Positions 49,370 to 57,956 of a stretch of DNA of 64,000 bases are shown here, in pieces (within the stretch, counting starts at the first letter, position 1; each line of letters starts with the position of its first letter). Source of the stretch: an uncultured virus (IMG/VR IMGVR_UViG_3300047312_000104) (Duplodnaviria; Heunggongvirae; Uroviricota; Caudoviricetes); the IMG/VR virus record IMGVR_UViG_3300047312_000104; one strand, written 5' to 3'. The notes beneath the pieces are model-generated. The model made no database searches. It saw nothing but the letters and a program-made list of their open reading frames with translations, and was not told the DNA's origin. The translations under genes were made by a program, and so were the position numbers.

Positions 49370-50773
49370 TCATGGCGTTAATTCCGTCGCAATCATCGTC
49401 ATGGTCGGTGTAAAAGACGAACCAGATCCGTTGAGGCTGGCCGTCGCCGGAGGACCCGGGATAGTTATCTTCCACCAAAGATTATATGACTGGGGCGTGG
49501 TGGTCGCTGGTAAGTCATCTATCGTGATCGAAACAGATTGCGAATAGTTTGCATTCGCGGTCGTGATCGTAGCCAACGACGTGCCGCCAGACGGGGTAAG
49601 GTCGGTTGTATTCGCTCTCTTAATGATGAACGAAATGTTAGAGCCAACAGCACCAGGTCCAGTCGAGGTGGTACAGAATGTAAAGCTAACTCTTACTACA
49701 TTAGACGAACTACCAAGCGTATTAGCCAGCGTGATAGAAAACCCGGTGTCGGCGTATGAGCTTGAAGTCGTTGTCGCACCACTTGTGACTGAAGACGATT
49801 TGGTCTGAACAACAACGCTGCTTCCACCGCCGCCCGATGGAACAACCCAAGTGGCATCTTCGCGTAAGAACTTAGTGGTGCCAGCGCTGGATCCTGGATC
49901 CGGCACAGCGCCTACCGCGTGTGATCCGCCTGAAGCTACAAATACAGGAATGTCGGTCCCGACCAGCACAACCGCGCCAGTCCTGGTATTGACCGAACTT
50001 ACCGCCCCGCCCGTTGGGGCTGTCCAGGTAGCATCTTCACATAGGAACCTAGTCGATCCGGCAGATGAGCCAGGGTCTGGGACTGCCCCGGCGGCGTGAG
50101 AACCGCCTGAAGCGACGAATGTGGGGATATCAGTTCCAATGAGTACGACAGCACCAGTCCTGGTATTGACCGACGTGACCGGAACGACCCAAGTAGCGTC
50201 TTCACGCAGGAACTTGGTCGTACCGGCGGACGAACCTGGATCAGGAACCGCTCCAGGGGCATGTGAACCGCCCGATGCCACGAACGCCGGGATGTCGGTA
50301 CCGAGAAGGGTGACGGACCCAGTCCTAGTATTGACAGCTGTGACCGGAACGACCCAAGTAGCGTCTTCACGCAGGAACTTGGTCGTGCCTGACGATGAAC
50401 CTGGATCAGGAACCGCTCCAGGGGCATGTGAACCGCCAGAGGCTATAAATGCCGGTATATCCGTACCCAGTAGGGTGACGGCGCCTGTACGGGTATTGAC
50501 GGAACTAACACCACTAGTGACTGTCGCCCAAGTACCGTCGCCACGAAGGAACTTAACGTTATCGACAGCTAGTGGCTGCGGGACCAGGCCATCAGTACCA
50601 TCAACGAACCCGTCGGCCCCGATCATATCCGGGACCCATCCAACCGCGATCTTGCCTGATCCGTCAGCCTGTGGAATCCTATTCGCCGTCGGGGTAGCCG
50701 TAGAGGCGTCGAATCCGAACCCTAGATTAGAAGACAGAGTCATTAGGTGAGCTCGGCCGTGCTGCCACGACAT
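49370..50773 (-). CDS. Tail fibre protein with tandem ~53-aa repeats
   Basis: Four copies of SVNTRTGAV.L.GTDIP.F.ASGGSHA.GAVPDPGSS.G.T.FL.EDATW. Confidence 0.7.
   Translation of the reverse strand: MSWQHGRAHLMTLSSNLGFGFDASTATPTANRIPQADGSGKIAVGWVPDMIGADGFVDGTDGLVPQPLAVDNVKFLRGDGTWATVTSGVSSVNTRTGAVTLLGTDIPAFIASGGSHAPGAVPDPGSSSGTTKFLREDATWVVPVTAVNTRTGSVTLLGTDIPAFVASGGSHAPGAVPDPGSSAGTTKFLREDATWVVPVTSVNTRTGAVVLIGTDIPTFVASGGSHAAGAVPDPGSSAGSTRFLCEDATWTAPTGGAVSSVNTRTGAVVLVGTDIPVFVASGGSHAVGAVPDPGSSAGTTKFLREDATWVVPSGGGGSSVVVQTKSSSVTSGATTTSSSYADTGFSITLANTLGSSSNVVRVSFTFCTTSTGPGAVGSNISFIIKRANTTDLTPSGGTSLATITTANANYSQSVSITIDDLPATTTPQSYNLWWKITIPGPPATASLNGSGSSFTPTMTMIATELTP
49845..50505. repeat. Coding tandem repeat, ~159-bp unit x4 (fifth copy near 48955-49110)
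   Basis: ACCCAAGTAGCGTCTTCACGCAGGAACTTGGTCGT recurs at ~48957, ~50187 and ~50352. Confidence 0.85.
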
Positions 50774-51075
50774 ACTACGCCGGCCAAGTCAGCGACCAGC
50801 TGAAGCGTATCGCCGGTGTTCATGAATACTTTGTCGTCAACCGACTGACGTTCCTTCGGGAGAAGGGTCTGGTCGATAACGAACTTATTATTGGTCGAAG
50901 GGGAACCGGCCGATGGGACCACGTGGAGCGAATAGGTGGCGGTTGTGGATACACTCGGGTTGAAGACAACAATGCTGACCACAGCCGTGTTGTTGGACGG
51001 GGCCGTGTAGACCACCACTGCTACCGCCGGGGTAACGGTCGGGACGCCTGGGATTGGTTTCAAAGCAGTAGTCAT
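50743..51075 (-). CDS. Small beta-sandwich fibre-associated protein
   Basis: 110 aa; VYTAPS...MNTGDTL pattern. Confidence 0.55.
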   Translation of the reverse strand: MTTALKPIPGVPTVTPAVAVVVYTAPSNNTAVVSIVVFNPSVSTTATYSLHVVPSAGSPSTNNKFVIDQTLLPKERQSVDDKVFMNTGDTLQLVADLAGVVCRGSTAELT

Positions 51076-51078
51076 ACA

Positions 51079-52302
51079 TCAGCCTCCGAAGATCAGTGCA
51101 GCGGCGATCGGGTCGATTCCTGTCGATCCAGGAATGGTAATGTCGACACGGTTCAACCCTGGGTTGTCCACTGCTGTCACACCAGCCCCGATTAGATTCA
51201 AGATCTGCCTATCTCCGACGTGGGTACCGGCGAGATCGATAGTGACCACCGGGGTGAACGTCTGCCATACGTTTGCGGTGTCGCCCGAGTTGCGCTGAAG
51301 TACCTGGTTAGGTCCAGTGCTACCAGAGATATCGTCGGGGACCAGTAGCCTGTAGTCGACTGCCCCGGTTGACCCCGTGGGGGCAGCCAGAACCTTGTGG
51401 GCCACCACGGACGAGCCATCGTGTCCGGTTCCACCATTGGCACTAGCAAGGATCCCAGTGGTGATCTGCGCGGCATCGAGCGCTACCTCGTCGGACCCGC
51501 CTGACCCGTGGGTTGAGGCGTGGAGGGCGGGGGTGAAGGACGAGGGGGTTGAAGAGATGTCAGACCATGGGATGGTGGAACTGAACGCGGGGGTCCCGAC
51601 GGTCCACTTGGCGTACCCGGAGGCGGCCGAGGCGTCTACCCCGAGTCCCCCGTGGACCCCGGGAAGTATCCCAACGGTAATGTCGGCGGCTTCCAGGGCA
51701 CGAGAAGTGGGGGTCCCCGGAGCCCCAGTTGGGCTGGCCAAAACTTGTCGGGCCGAGTGTGATCCGGTCAGGATCGTGTGCTCAGCCGCGGTGACGTGGT
51801 AATGGTCTGAAGACGCTCCGCCCAGGAGCCCTACAAGGTTCTCGTGGGTGATCGACCCGGAGGCATCGCCCCACAGGGTTCCCTGGTAACGCCAGAACCT
51901 GTCTGTGTCGACCACATAGGCAATCCAGCCAGCCGCTGGGGTCTGGAAGGTCCAGCTGGACCCGCCCCAGGTCGCGACTGCCTTGTCGTTGCCAGACCAG
52001 GCCGCCCCAGTAGCCCCTACAGGCAAGATATACCGGTCGCCCGTCGTGGGAGATCCGGGTTGGGCCGAGGTGGTGGCCGACTTAACGGTACCCTGCCAAG
52101 ACAACGCGGCCAGCTGGGTCTTGACGGAACCCTGGGTGGCCAGCTGAGCATCGGTAGACGGCGCAACGCCTGTCTGGGCGGCCACAAACGGCGTCGAGCC
52201 GTCTGTCCGGACTATCGTCGAAGGCAGGACCGAAGTATCTAGGTCCCCAGCGGCAATGTTCTTAAGTTCGTCTGATTGAAACGAAACGGGCTTAACGGGC
52301 AT
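51079..52302 (-). CDS. Tail fibre/structural protein with DUF2793-like domain
   Basis: PGSPTTGDRYILPVGATGAAWSG...W.F.TPAAGW.AYV motif; HASTHGSGGSD fibre repeat. Confidence 0.65.
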   Translation of the reverse strand: MPVKPVSFQSDELKNIAAGDLDTSVLPSTIVRTDGSTPFVAAQTGVAPSTDAQLATQGSVKTQLAALSWQGTVKSATTSAQPGSPTTGDRYILPVGATGAAWSGNDKAVATWGGSSWTFQTPAAGWIAYVVDTDRFWRYQGTLWGDASGSITHENLVGLLGGASSDHYHVTAAEHTILTGSHSARQVLASPTGAPGTPTSRALEAADITVGILPGVHGGLGVDASAASGYAKWTVGTPAFSSTIPWSDISSTPSSFTPALHASTHGSGGSDEVALDAAQITTGILASANGGTGHDGSSVVAHKVLAAPTGSTGAVDYRLLVPDDISGSTGPNQVLQRNSGDTANVWQTFTPVVTIDLAGTHVGDRQILNLIGAGVTAVDNPGLNRVDITIPGSTGIDPIAAALIFGG

Positions 52303-52343
52303 ACCAATCGAGATTAGGCCCGGACCCCACTGTTACCAGCGGC

Positions 52344-52853
52344 CTAGGGGGTCGTAAACATCCTACGGTCCCATGTCTGAAACGCCAAATGACCGGAAAC
52401 CCGCTCCTCGGTGAGCTCAAAGTCGAACTCATCTAGGAGCGGGAAACAGACGTCTCCTTCGGTCTGTCGGTCAATAACTGTCCTATAGATACGTGTCGTC
52501 CACGGTAATGCCGCCCAGTACACCCGGGCTCCGCCGATCACGAATGGTTCCTTATCTGTCCTCCGGGCTAGCTCAATGGCATCGCCCACCGACCCCGATG
52601 TTTCGATCCCTACCCCTACAATGCGGTGCGGCTGTTTAGTCACCACAATGTTCCGACGATTCGGCAAAGGGCGCCCGATCGACTCATAGGTGAGTCGGCC
52701 CATTACGACCGAGTGACCGGTGGTCAGCCGGCGGAAATGCTGGAGATCCTCTGGTTCATGCCAAGGGATCTTACCGGCGCATCCGATTATACCATTTCTG
52801 GCCATACAGGTGATGATCTGAAGTGGAAGCATTTTGGCGATCATCAGCTGCAC
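52344..52853 (-). CDS. folA: Dihydrofolate reductase
   Basis: IPWHEPEDLQHFRRLTTGHSVVMGRLTYESIGRPLPNRRNIVVT, IGGA, EGDVCFP. Confidence 0.95.
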   Translation of the reverse strand: MQLMIAKMLPLQIITCMARNGIIGCAGKIPWHEPEDLQHFRRLTTGHSVVMGRLTYESIGRPLPNRRNIVVTKQPHRIVGVGIETSGSVGDAIELARRTDKEPFVIGGARVYWAALPWTTRIYRTVIDRQTEGDVCFPLLDEFDFELTEERVSGHLAFQTWDRRMFTTP

Positions 52854-52871
52854 AGCATAGATTCAATGGAC

Positions 52872-54134
52872 TCATTTCAGAGCCCTCTTCAAGAATTCCT
52901 CGGCTGCTTTCGTAGCCGCGGGACTTGCCCCAATATTATGAACCTTTTCCAACAATGCAGCCTTGTCTATTACTGGCTCGTCTGCGTACTTGTGGTCCTC
53001 TATGATATCGTTAGGGCCAGGTGCGTATGGGTACACACTAGGCGCACCATTGACACCTAACCAAGTCTGGGCAGTAGAACCCATACGGTCAACTAACCCG
53101 ACTTGAACTTGCGCACGGGCTACGGCGAGCCAGCTTATATTTTTCGGCAACCCGCGATAGTTCTGCACCCCAACACCCTCGAAGCGTTTAACCCAATTCT
53201 TTAGAACGACTAAATCTTTGGCAGTATCACCAGTAAACTGCGGCCCATACCGTCGTAAATAACTGACAAATAAATCACCAGTTAAGCGCGGAACAACATT
53301 GTTTGGCGTTCCGGTGTGGTATGGGGTTTCCCCGTAGAGGCCACAATACTGATCGTCAAGATGTGCAGATTTGGCTAACCGATCGAAGTCAGCTCCGGTC
53401 CATCCTTGCCTTACCTTCTCCGCCGACTCTACGATCATGGCCGCCAACTCTGCACATTCGAGGTCGCTATCAGGGCCGCCAAATGACGATGAATATTTCA
53501 TCTGCCCTTCGGGAGGGTAGACGCCTTGGCAATAGTGAGTCATCTCATGCAGCAGCACTGATCTATCACAGTAGCCGCTTATCGATAGCGGACTCATGGG
53601 GAGTACTATCTTGTACACCATGTGACCAAGTTCAAAACTGTCTGGAAGGATGGGAGCCACGTAAGCAAACCCAGGGTTGGGGTCTTGCCATTTTGTTAAA
53701 ATTAGTTTGTCTCCTTTACGAATAAAATTTCTAAGATCCTGTACGTCCTTTTCAGTGAATCCCTGTTCGGGCCATTTTTCCTGATAGTCACGTTTGATGT
53801 CAGCCATCGCCTTACGGATGGTCTCATTGACCTGAATGGTAACTAGATCGCCAGCCAAGAACGCGTCCAAGGTAGCGGTATCGGTCGATCGAGCGAACAA
53901 GCGCTGGAATGGTAAAACCGACTCTATTTCCAGATCGGCTGGTCTCTGGAACAGCCGAGTAAATGTCTTGTCCAGCGCATGCATCCTCTGGATGCAATAC
54001 CAGGTCGATTCAGGATCAACTACTACAATGGCAGAAGGCGGTGTGGCACCAGGAGTTATATATTCGTCTGACGCCAGCCCGAAGGTAGCTGACAGGATCA
54101 GCCCGGCGGCTGCTATCCATGGTCTCACCCCCAT
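52872..54134 (-). CDS. Putative exported zincin-like metalloprotease
   Basis: Signal-peptide-like N-terminus; HEMTH with downstream Glu. Confidence 0.5.
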   Translation of the reverse strand: MGVRPWIAAAGLILSATFGLASDEYITPGATPPSAIVVVDPESTWYCIQRMHALDKTFTRLFQRPADLEIESVLPFQRLFARSTDTATLDAFLAGDLVTIQVNETIRKAMADIKRDYQEKWPEQGFTEKDVQDLRNFIRKGDKLILTKWQDPNPGFAYVAPILPDSFELGHMVYKIVLPMSPLSISGYCDRSVLLHEMTHYCQGVYPPEGQMKYSSSFGGPDSDLECAELAAMIVESAEKVRQGWTGADFDRLAKSAHLDDQYCGLYGETPYHTGTPNNVVPRLTGDLFVSYLRRYGPQFTGDTAKDLVVLKNWVKRFEGVGVQNYRGLPKNISWLAVARAQVQVGLVDRMGSTAQTWLGVNGAPSVYPYAPGPNDIIEDHKYADEPVIDKAALLEKVHNIGASPAATKAAEEFLKRALK

Positions 54135-54220
54135 ACCTTACCCATCCGCTTCCCGCTCCATAGCGGCTTCGTGGCCGTCCTTGGCCCATGCGGTCCAGCT
54201 CTCTGGCTGGAGAGTTCTGA

Positions 54221-56020
54221 TCAATCAACCAAGTGCCAAGACCCTTCGATGGAGTTAACCAGCTGGGATGTCCCGTTCGGATACTGGAGGGATGAACAGT
54301 GGAGCCAATTGGACGGCCCTTCGTTGTAGGATTCCTGAAGTTGCCCGCATGTACCAACCTGCTTAACCCGCCGTCTAATGGCTGGCGTGTGGGCGTGCCC
54401 GCTGGTGGATTGCCCGTAACTGTTCTCCATCGCGACCAACCCGCCCTTAGAACCGTTGGCCCCTACGTGCCCGTGGGCCCCGCATTCGACCCCGCCAATC
54501 TTATAATCCTCGTCGATCTTCAACCACCTGACTTGCTCAGGATGGGTGAGATGACGTTCGACGGCATGCCGAAGTGGGTCGAGGCCGCGAATCACAGCTC
54601 CGGCCAACTCAAGCCCGATAAGGGTGTTCTGCGGATCACGGTGGAAGCCAAGTTCAGCCAGGTATCGGTCTAGGAACTTATCGTGATTCGATTTAACGAT
54701 AATCACCTGTTCGTAATACTCGCACAGCAAGTTAACAACATCCGCCAAGCCCTTAACCTCTTGGCCGAGGTCAAGCTTGTTCATGGCGGACAGTTGGGCC
54801 CGCATGGTGAGGTTCTTAGCTTCATGGTGGTTGATCGACTTACCGTCGAAGGCGTCGTGGAGGATGATGGTCCTGGGACGAGCAACCTCGGTAAGGCTCC
54901 CCGGTCCATCCACGAAGGCCGCGAACGCCCCCTGGTCGGTTGCCCCGGCGTGGAGGTCACCCAACACGAGTGCCTCTGGGGCGTACGGACGAACCTTGCC
55001 GTCAGGCATATACAGCTGACCAAGATCCGCAAATGCCCCGCGAGCATCCGCTTCCAGCTGACGATAGTGGAACCTGTGCTCGTCAGCGAGTTCCACCACG
55101 ATTGCCGCCAAGGCGTGATCATGGTTGGCGATGTAAGCGGTCCGCATGCTCGCGAACGCGTGCGCCATCTCCGGGTCTGGATCGTAGCTGGGGACCGTCA
55201 CCGCCCCGGTGGTCATCAGGGCCACGGGAAGTTGGGTGTTGGAGTTAGGGACCAGCTTCAGGAATTGCTTGGGGGACCCGTAGATGAAGCTTCCGTCCCG
55301 TTGGCCAATTCGGGCCAGTCCGGTCAGAGGATCGATCTGCTTGGCAGAGCACCGGATTGCCGACACGAACAAGTTCCGGTTTAGCCGAATGTCCTCGGTC
55401 AGGATCAGCTTATCGGCAAAGGCTGCGTGCAACCCAGCCTTGGGGTGGGAGGCGGTATCGGTCGACGGTATGATCAGGAGGGCGGCATCGTGGATCTTGC
55501 AGTACGACTCCAATGAGGCCAAGAACCCAAAGTGCGGCTCACACCCCGTTACCGCGGTGGTGATGACGAACCTACGGTGCTTCGCCACCTGGTCCTTGAG
55601 GGCCTTGAATCGCTTGGGGGTAAAGAGATCGTCGATGATCTCGACGAAATACTCAGGGTGGGCCCCCTTGGAAGCCTCCATAAGGGATCCGAAACTATGG
55701 AAGTGCTCTTTAACCTGGTTGCGGGTGTACCCCGTTGTGGTGGTCAGCTCGGACCACGTGAGGTGGCGTCCAACCTTCTTGCACGCCTTCGCGTAACTCT
55801 CCAACACGTCTGACTTTTGTTTATCGTGCGCTTCGTAGATACGCGCCTTACCGGTGGTGATCTTCGGGATCTTAACCCCGGATCTGGCCGCTAATTTCAA
55901 TCGATCCCTAAAGGTGGTGCGGGCTAAGCCTAGCTCGGCGGCGGCGTCGGTAGCGTTCCCTTTGTGGCGCTTGAGGGCCTTGACGGCGGTGTCGAGGTCC
56001 TTCTGGCTGACTAGAGACAT
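54221..56020 (-). CDS. HTH + calcineurin-like metallophosphoesterase
   Basis: N-terminal HTH (AAAELGLARTTFRDR); GDLH, HDAFD, SNHD, HGH, GHAH motifs. Confidence 0.75.
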   Translation of the reverse strand: MSLVSQKDLDTAVKALKRHKGNATDAAAELGLARTTFRDRLKLAARSGVKIPKITTGKARIYEAHDKQKSDVLESYAKACKKVGRHLTWSELTTTTGYTRNQVKEHFHSFGSLMEASKGAHPEYFVEIIDDLFTPKRFKALKDQVAKHRRFVITTAVTGCEPHFGFLASLESYCKIHDAALLIIPSTDTASHPKAGLHAAFADKLILTEDIRLNRNLFVSAIRCSAKQIDPLTGLARIGQRDGSFIYGSPKQFLKLVPNSNTQLPVALMTTGAVTVPSYDPDPEMAHAFASMRTAYIANHDHALAAIVVELADEHRFHYRQLEADARGAFADLGQLYMPDGKVRPYAPEALVLGDLHAGATDQGAFAAFVDGPGSLTEVARPRTIILHDAFDGKSINHHEAKNLTMRAQLSAMNKLDLGQEVKGLADVVNLLCEYYEQVIIVKSNHDKFLDRYLAELGFHRDPQNTLIGLELAGAVIRGLDPLRHAVERHLTHPEQVRWLKIDEDYKIGGVECGAHGHVGANGSKGGLVAMENSYGQSTSGHAHTPAIRRRVKQVGTCGQLQESYNEGPSNWLHCSSLQYPNGTSQLVNSIEGSWHLVD

Positions 56021-56164
56021 CCGGCAGCTCCTGTGTGGAGATTAGGCAGTTACTGGCCTGAATCCTGTCAAAAGAAGCCTCGGTGTCTAGTGGAAACTTA
56101 ATAGTCAATCTTTACAAGTAGTTAATCCCCACCGCCGCCAGTAGTCATAACCCAATACTATAAA

Positions 56165-56240
56165 TGGTCCTACCCCTGGGAATTGAACCCAGATTGCTCG
56201 CTCTTCAGACGAGTGCCTTGACCACGTCGGCCAGAGTAGG
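56165..56240 (-). tRNA. tRNA-Phe(GAA)
   Basis: Cloverleaf; anticodon arm CTCGT-CTGAAGA-GCGAG; TTCAATT T-loop; encoded CCA. Confidence 0.92.
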
Positions 56241-56438
56241 TTACGGAAACATGCGCCTTACGGCTTCCATCTCGGCTTCTTCGATCGCCTTAACGGTTGT
56301 GCCTATAATGTCGGCGGCGGACTGTCTTGACGCATCCATGAGGTCCCCCATGTGGACCCCCTTGAGCCAAAGCATCCCCATCGACGGTGAGTCGAAGAGA
56401 TCGCTGATGTCATGGTCGTGGGGCCAAATGTGTCTCAC
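56241..56438 (-). CDS. Small hypothetical protein inside tRNA cluster
   Basis: GTG start with AGGA upstream; stop codon abuts tRNA-Phe position 1. Confidence 0.45.
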   Translation of the reverse strand: MRHIWPHDHDISDLFDSPSMGMLWLKGVHMGDLMDASRQSAADIIGTTVKAIEEAEMEAVRRMFP

Positions 56439-56453
56439 GTGAAGTCCTTTGAA

Positions 56454-56546
56454 TGGTGGGAACCGGTGGAGTCGGACCACATGCCTCGTAGAGGATCGGA
56501 GCTACAATCCGATGGCAGGCCAACCCCGCCCTTATTTGCGTTTCCC
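56454..56546 (-). tRNA. tRNA-Tyr(GTA), atypical 8/4 fold
   Basis: TCGGA-TTGTAGC-TCCGA anticodon arm, variable arm, A73, CCA. Confidence 0.75.
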
Positions 56547-56550
56547 ATGA

Positions 56551-56636
56551 TGGCGGAAGCCGGTGATCCTGCCTCACAGACCCGAAGGTCCCAACCGCTT
56601 AGCAAGCGGCGTCGAGCCTTGCTCGATTCGACTTCC
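56551..56636 (-). tRNA. tRNA-Ser(GCT), 8/4 fold
   Basis: GCCGC-TTGCTAA-GCGGT anticodon arm, long variable arm, G73, CCA. Confidence 0.82.
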
Positions 56637-56640
56637 AAAA

Positions 56641-56730
56641 TGGCGGCGCGCTGAGCGGTCGAAGCCCCAACCCTCTCGGGTCTCATCCGGGTTCAAACCG
56701 GAGCCCACCCCATTGGTGAGTTAACGCGCC
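56641..56730 (-). tRNA. tRNA-Ser(TGA), 8/4 fold
   Basis: TCCGG-TTTGAAC-CCGGA anticodon arm, long variable arm, G73, CCA. Confidence 0.85.
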
Positions 56731-56739
56731 ATAGGTTAT

Positions 56740-56772
56740 AAAAGAACAAACCCCCGGGTTTTCCCGGGGGTT
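56740..56772 (-). terminator. Intrinsic terminator (attenuator) in front of Ser/Ser/Tyr/Phe tRNAs
   Basis: AACCCCCGGG-AAAA-CCCGGGGGTT then TGTTCTTTT, ~10 nt before tRNA-Ser. Confidence 0.85.
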
Positions 56773-56800
56773 CTTGAGTCGCAGTCTCGTGGAGACGTTG

Positions 56801-56869
56801 TTACTCTCGACCTCCGGCATATGCCGAGGAACTTGAATAACTAAACGAAAAGGACGACTGGGCGATCAT
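56801..56869 (-). CDS. Ser/Phe/Tyr-rich leader peptide MIAQSSFSFSYSSSSAYAGGRE
   Basis: 22-codon ORF with 8 Ser, 2 Phe, 2 Tyr codons just upstream of the terminator. Confidence 0.8.
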   Translation of the reverse strand: MIAQSSFSFSYSSSSAYAGGRE

Positions 56870-56899
56870 GTGATTAATTATTGGGATCGGGATAGAAAC

Positions 56900-57205
56900 T
56901 CAAGTGTCTTCTTCCGGCATGTCCCGTTCTAGGTCGAACGACGGATCGTACACGATGTCCTCTACGATGTCGCACAGGTCCTTAGGGTCCCACCCGGCAT
57001 CCTCGCAATGGGTCCACACGCACTCAACCATGTTGGCCGCTGCCCACAAAGCCGACTCGATCTGACCGCTGTGGTGGAGAGCCATCCGAAGTTTGTTCAG
57101 ACCAGTATCTTCATCTTGGGTCACAATCCCAATCACGACCGCGATCCCGCGCTTCTTCAGCGCTTGGATCAACTCACCATCGGTCGCCATATCGATTGGG
57201 GTCAC
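56900..57205 (-). CDS. Hypothetical acidic protein
   Basis: 101 aa ORF. Confidence 0.5.
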   Translation of the reverse strand: MTPIDMATDGELIQALKKRGIAVVIGIVTQDEDTGLNKLRMALHHSGQIESALWAAANMVECVWTHCEDAGWDPKDLCDIVEDIVYDPSFDLERDMPEEDT

Positions 57206-57882
57206 GAGACAACTACCAGGTCAGGTTTGACCAACAAGGTAGTGGTCGTGACCGCGCGTCCAACTCTCGCCGCCACAGTAGTGTCGGGAGTAACGTCGTA
57301 ACGGCCGGGCGTGGAGGTCAGCCAGTAGTCCGATCCAACCGTAAGGGTCGCGGCCCCGACGATAAGAGACCAGTCAGGAAGATCCAAATGATCGCCCGCT
57401 ACCAAGACAGTCCCGGGAGTACTGATGAGAGCGTCGGCGGCCATGATGCCGATTAGTTTGTAAACCTTGGACCCGTCCACGAATGCTTGCGCGTAAGCGA
57501 GCCCAGCCCCTGAGGCCCTCACGGCCATCCCCTGGAGGAGCGCCGCCGAGGTGGTGATCTGAAGAGCCTGGGAGGTTGAGGTGACGGTTACGGTCGAGGA
57601 CCCATCGTAGAATCGAAGGTATGTCGTCCCTGAATCGAGCTCCAACCAGGTGTCGCCCGCGACGGGGCTACTGGGGGCCCCGGTGAGGACCCTAAACCAG
57701 ACCCGACCGTCGCCACGAATTCTGTGCTGGGCTACCCCGTGGTTTTGCCATTCCTTAACCACATCGGCGTCATTAACCGTGATGAGGGTCGATTCGGTTG
57801 CGGCGGTAGAGGCCGGGTTGGCCTGATCCAAGGTGGTCCTGGAAGTATTCCCAGGGGTCCCAACATTACGGATCACGGGCAT
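57202..57882 (-). CDS. Putative virion structural (fibre/decoration-like) protein
   Basis: APSSPVAGDTW and LTVGSDYWLTSTPG...VGRAVTTTTLLV patterns. Confidence 0.5.
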   Translation of the reverse strand: MPVIRNVGTPGNTSRTTLDQANPASTAATESTLITVNDADVVKEWQNHGVAQHRIRGDGRVWFRVLTGAPSSPVAGDTWLELDSGTTYLRFYDGSSTVTVTSTSQALQITTSAALLQGMAVRASGAGLAYAQAFVDGSKVYKLIGIMAADALISTPGTVLVAGDHLDLPDWSLIVGAATLTVGSDYWLTSTPGRYDVTPDTTVAARVGRAVTTTTLLVKPDLVVVS

Positions 57883-57956
57883 TCCGTCACGTTAGACCAA
57901 GGGTCACGATTGACAATCCGGACCCATCATCATGATGGGGCCCCAAGGAGACTCCT

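Noticed and set aside
49845..50505. CRISPR-like array
   Set aside because: Repeats are in-frame coding units with similar, not unique, intervening sequence; no cas genes
56641..56730. Possible tRNA-Sec or opal suppressor (long D-stem, 8-bp acceptor, 'TTCAAA' on plus strand)
   Set aside because: On the coding strand the loop is TT-TGA-AC, so the anticodon is TGA (Ser), not TCA; the T-stem is 4 bp, not the 8/5 Sec fold
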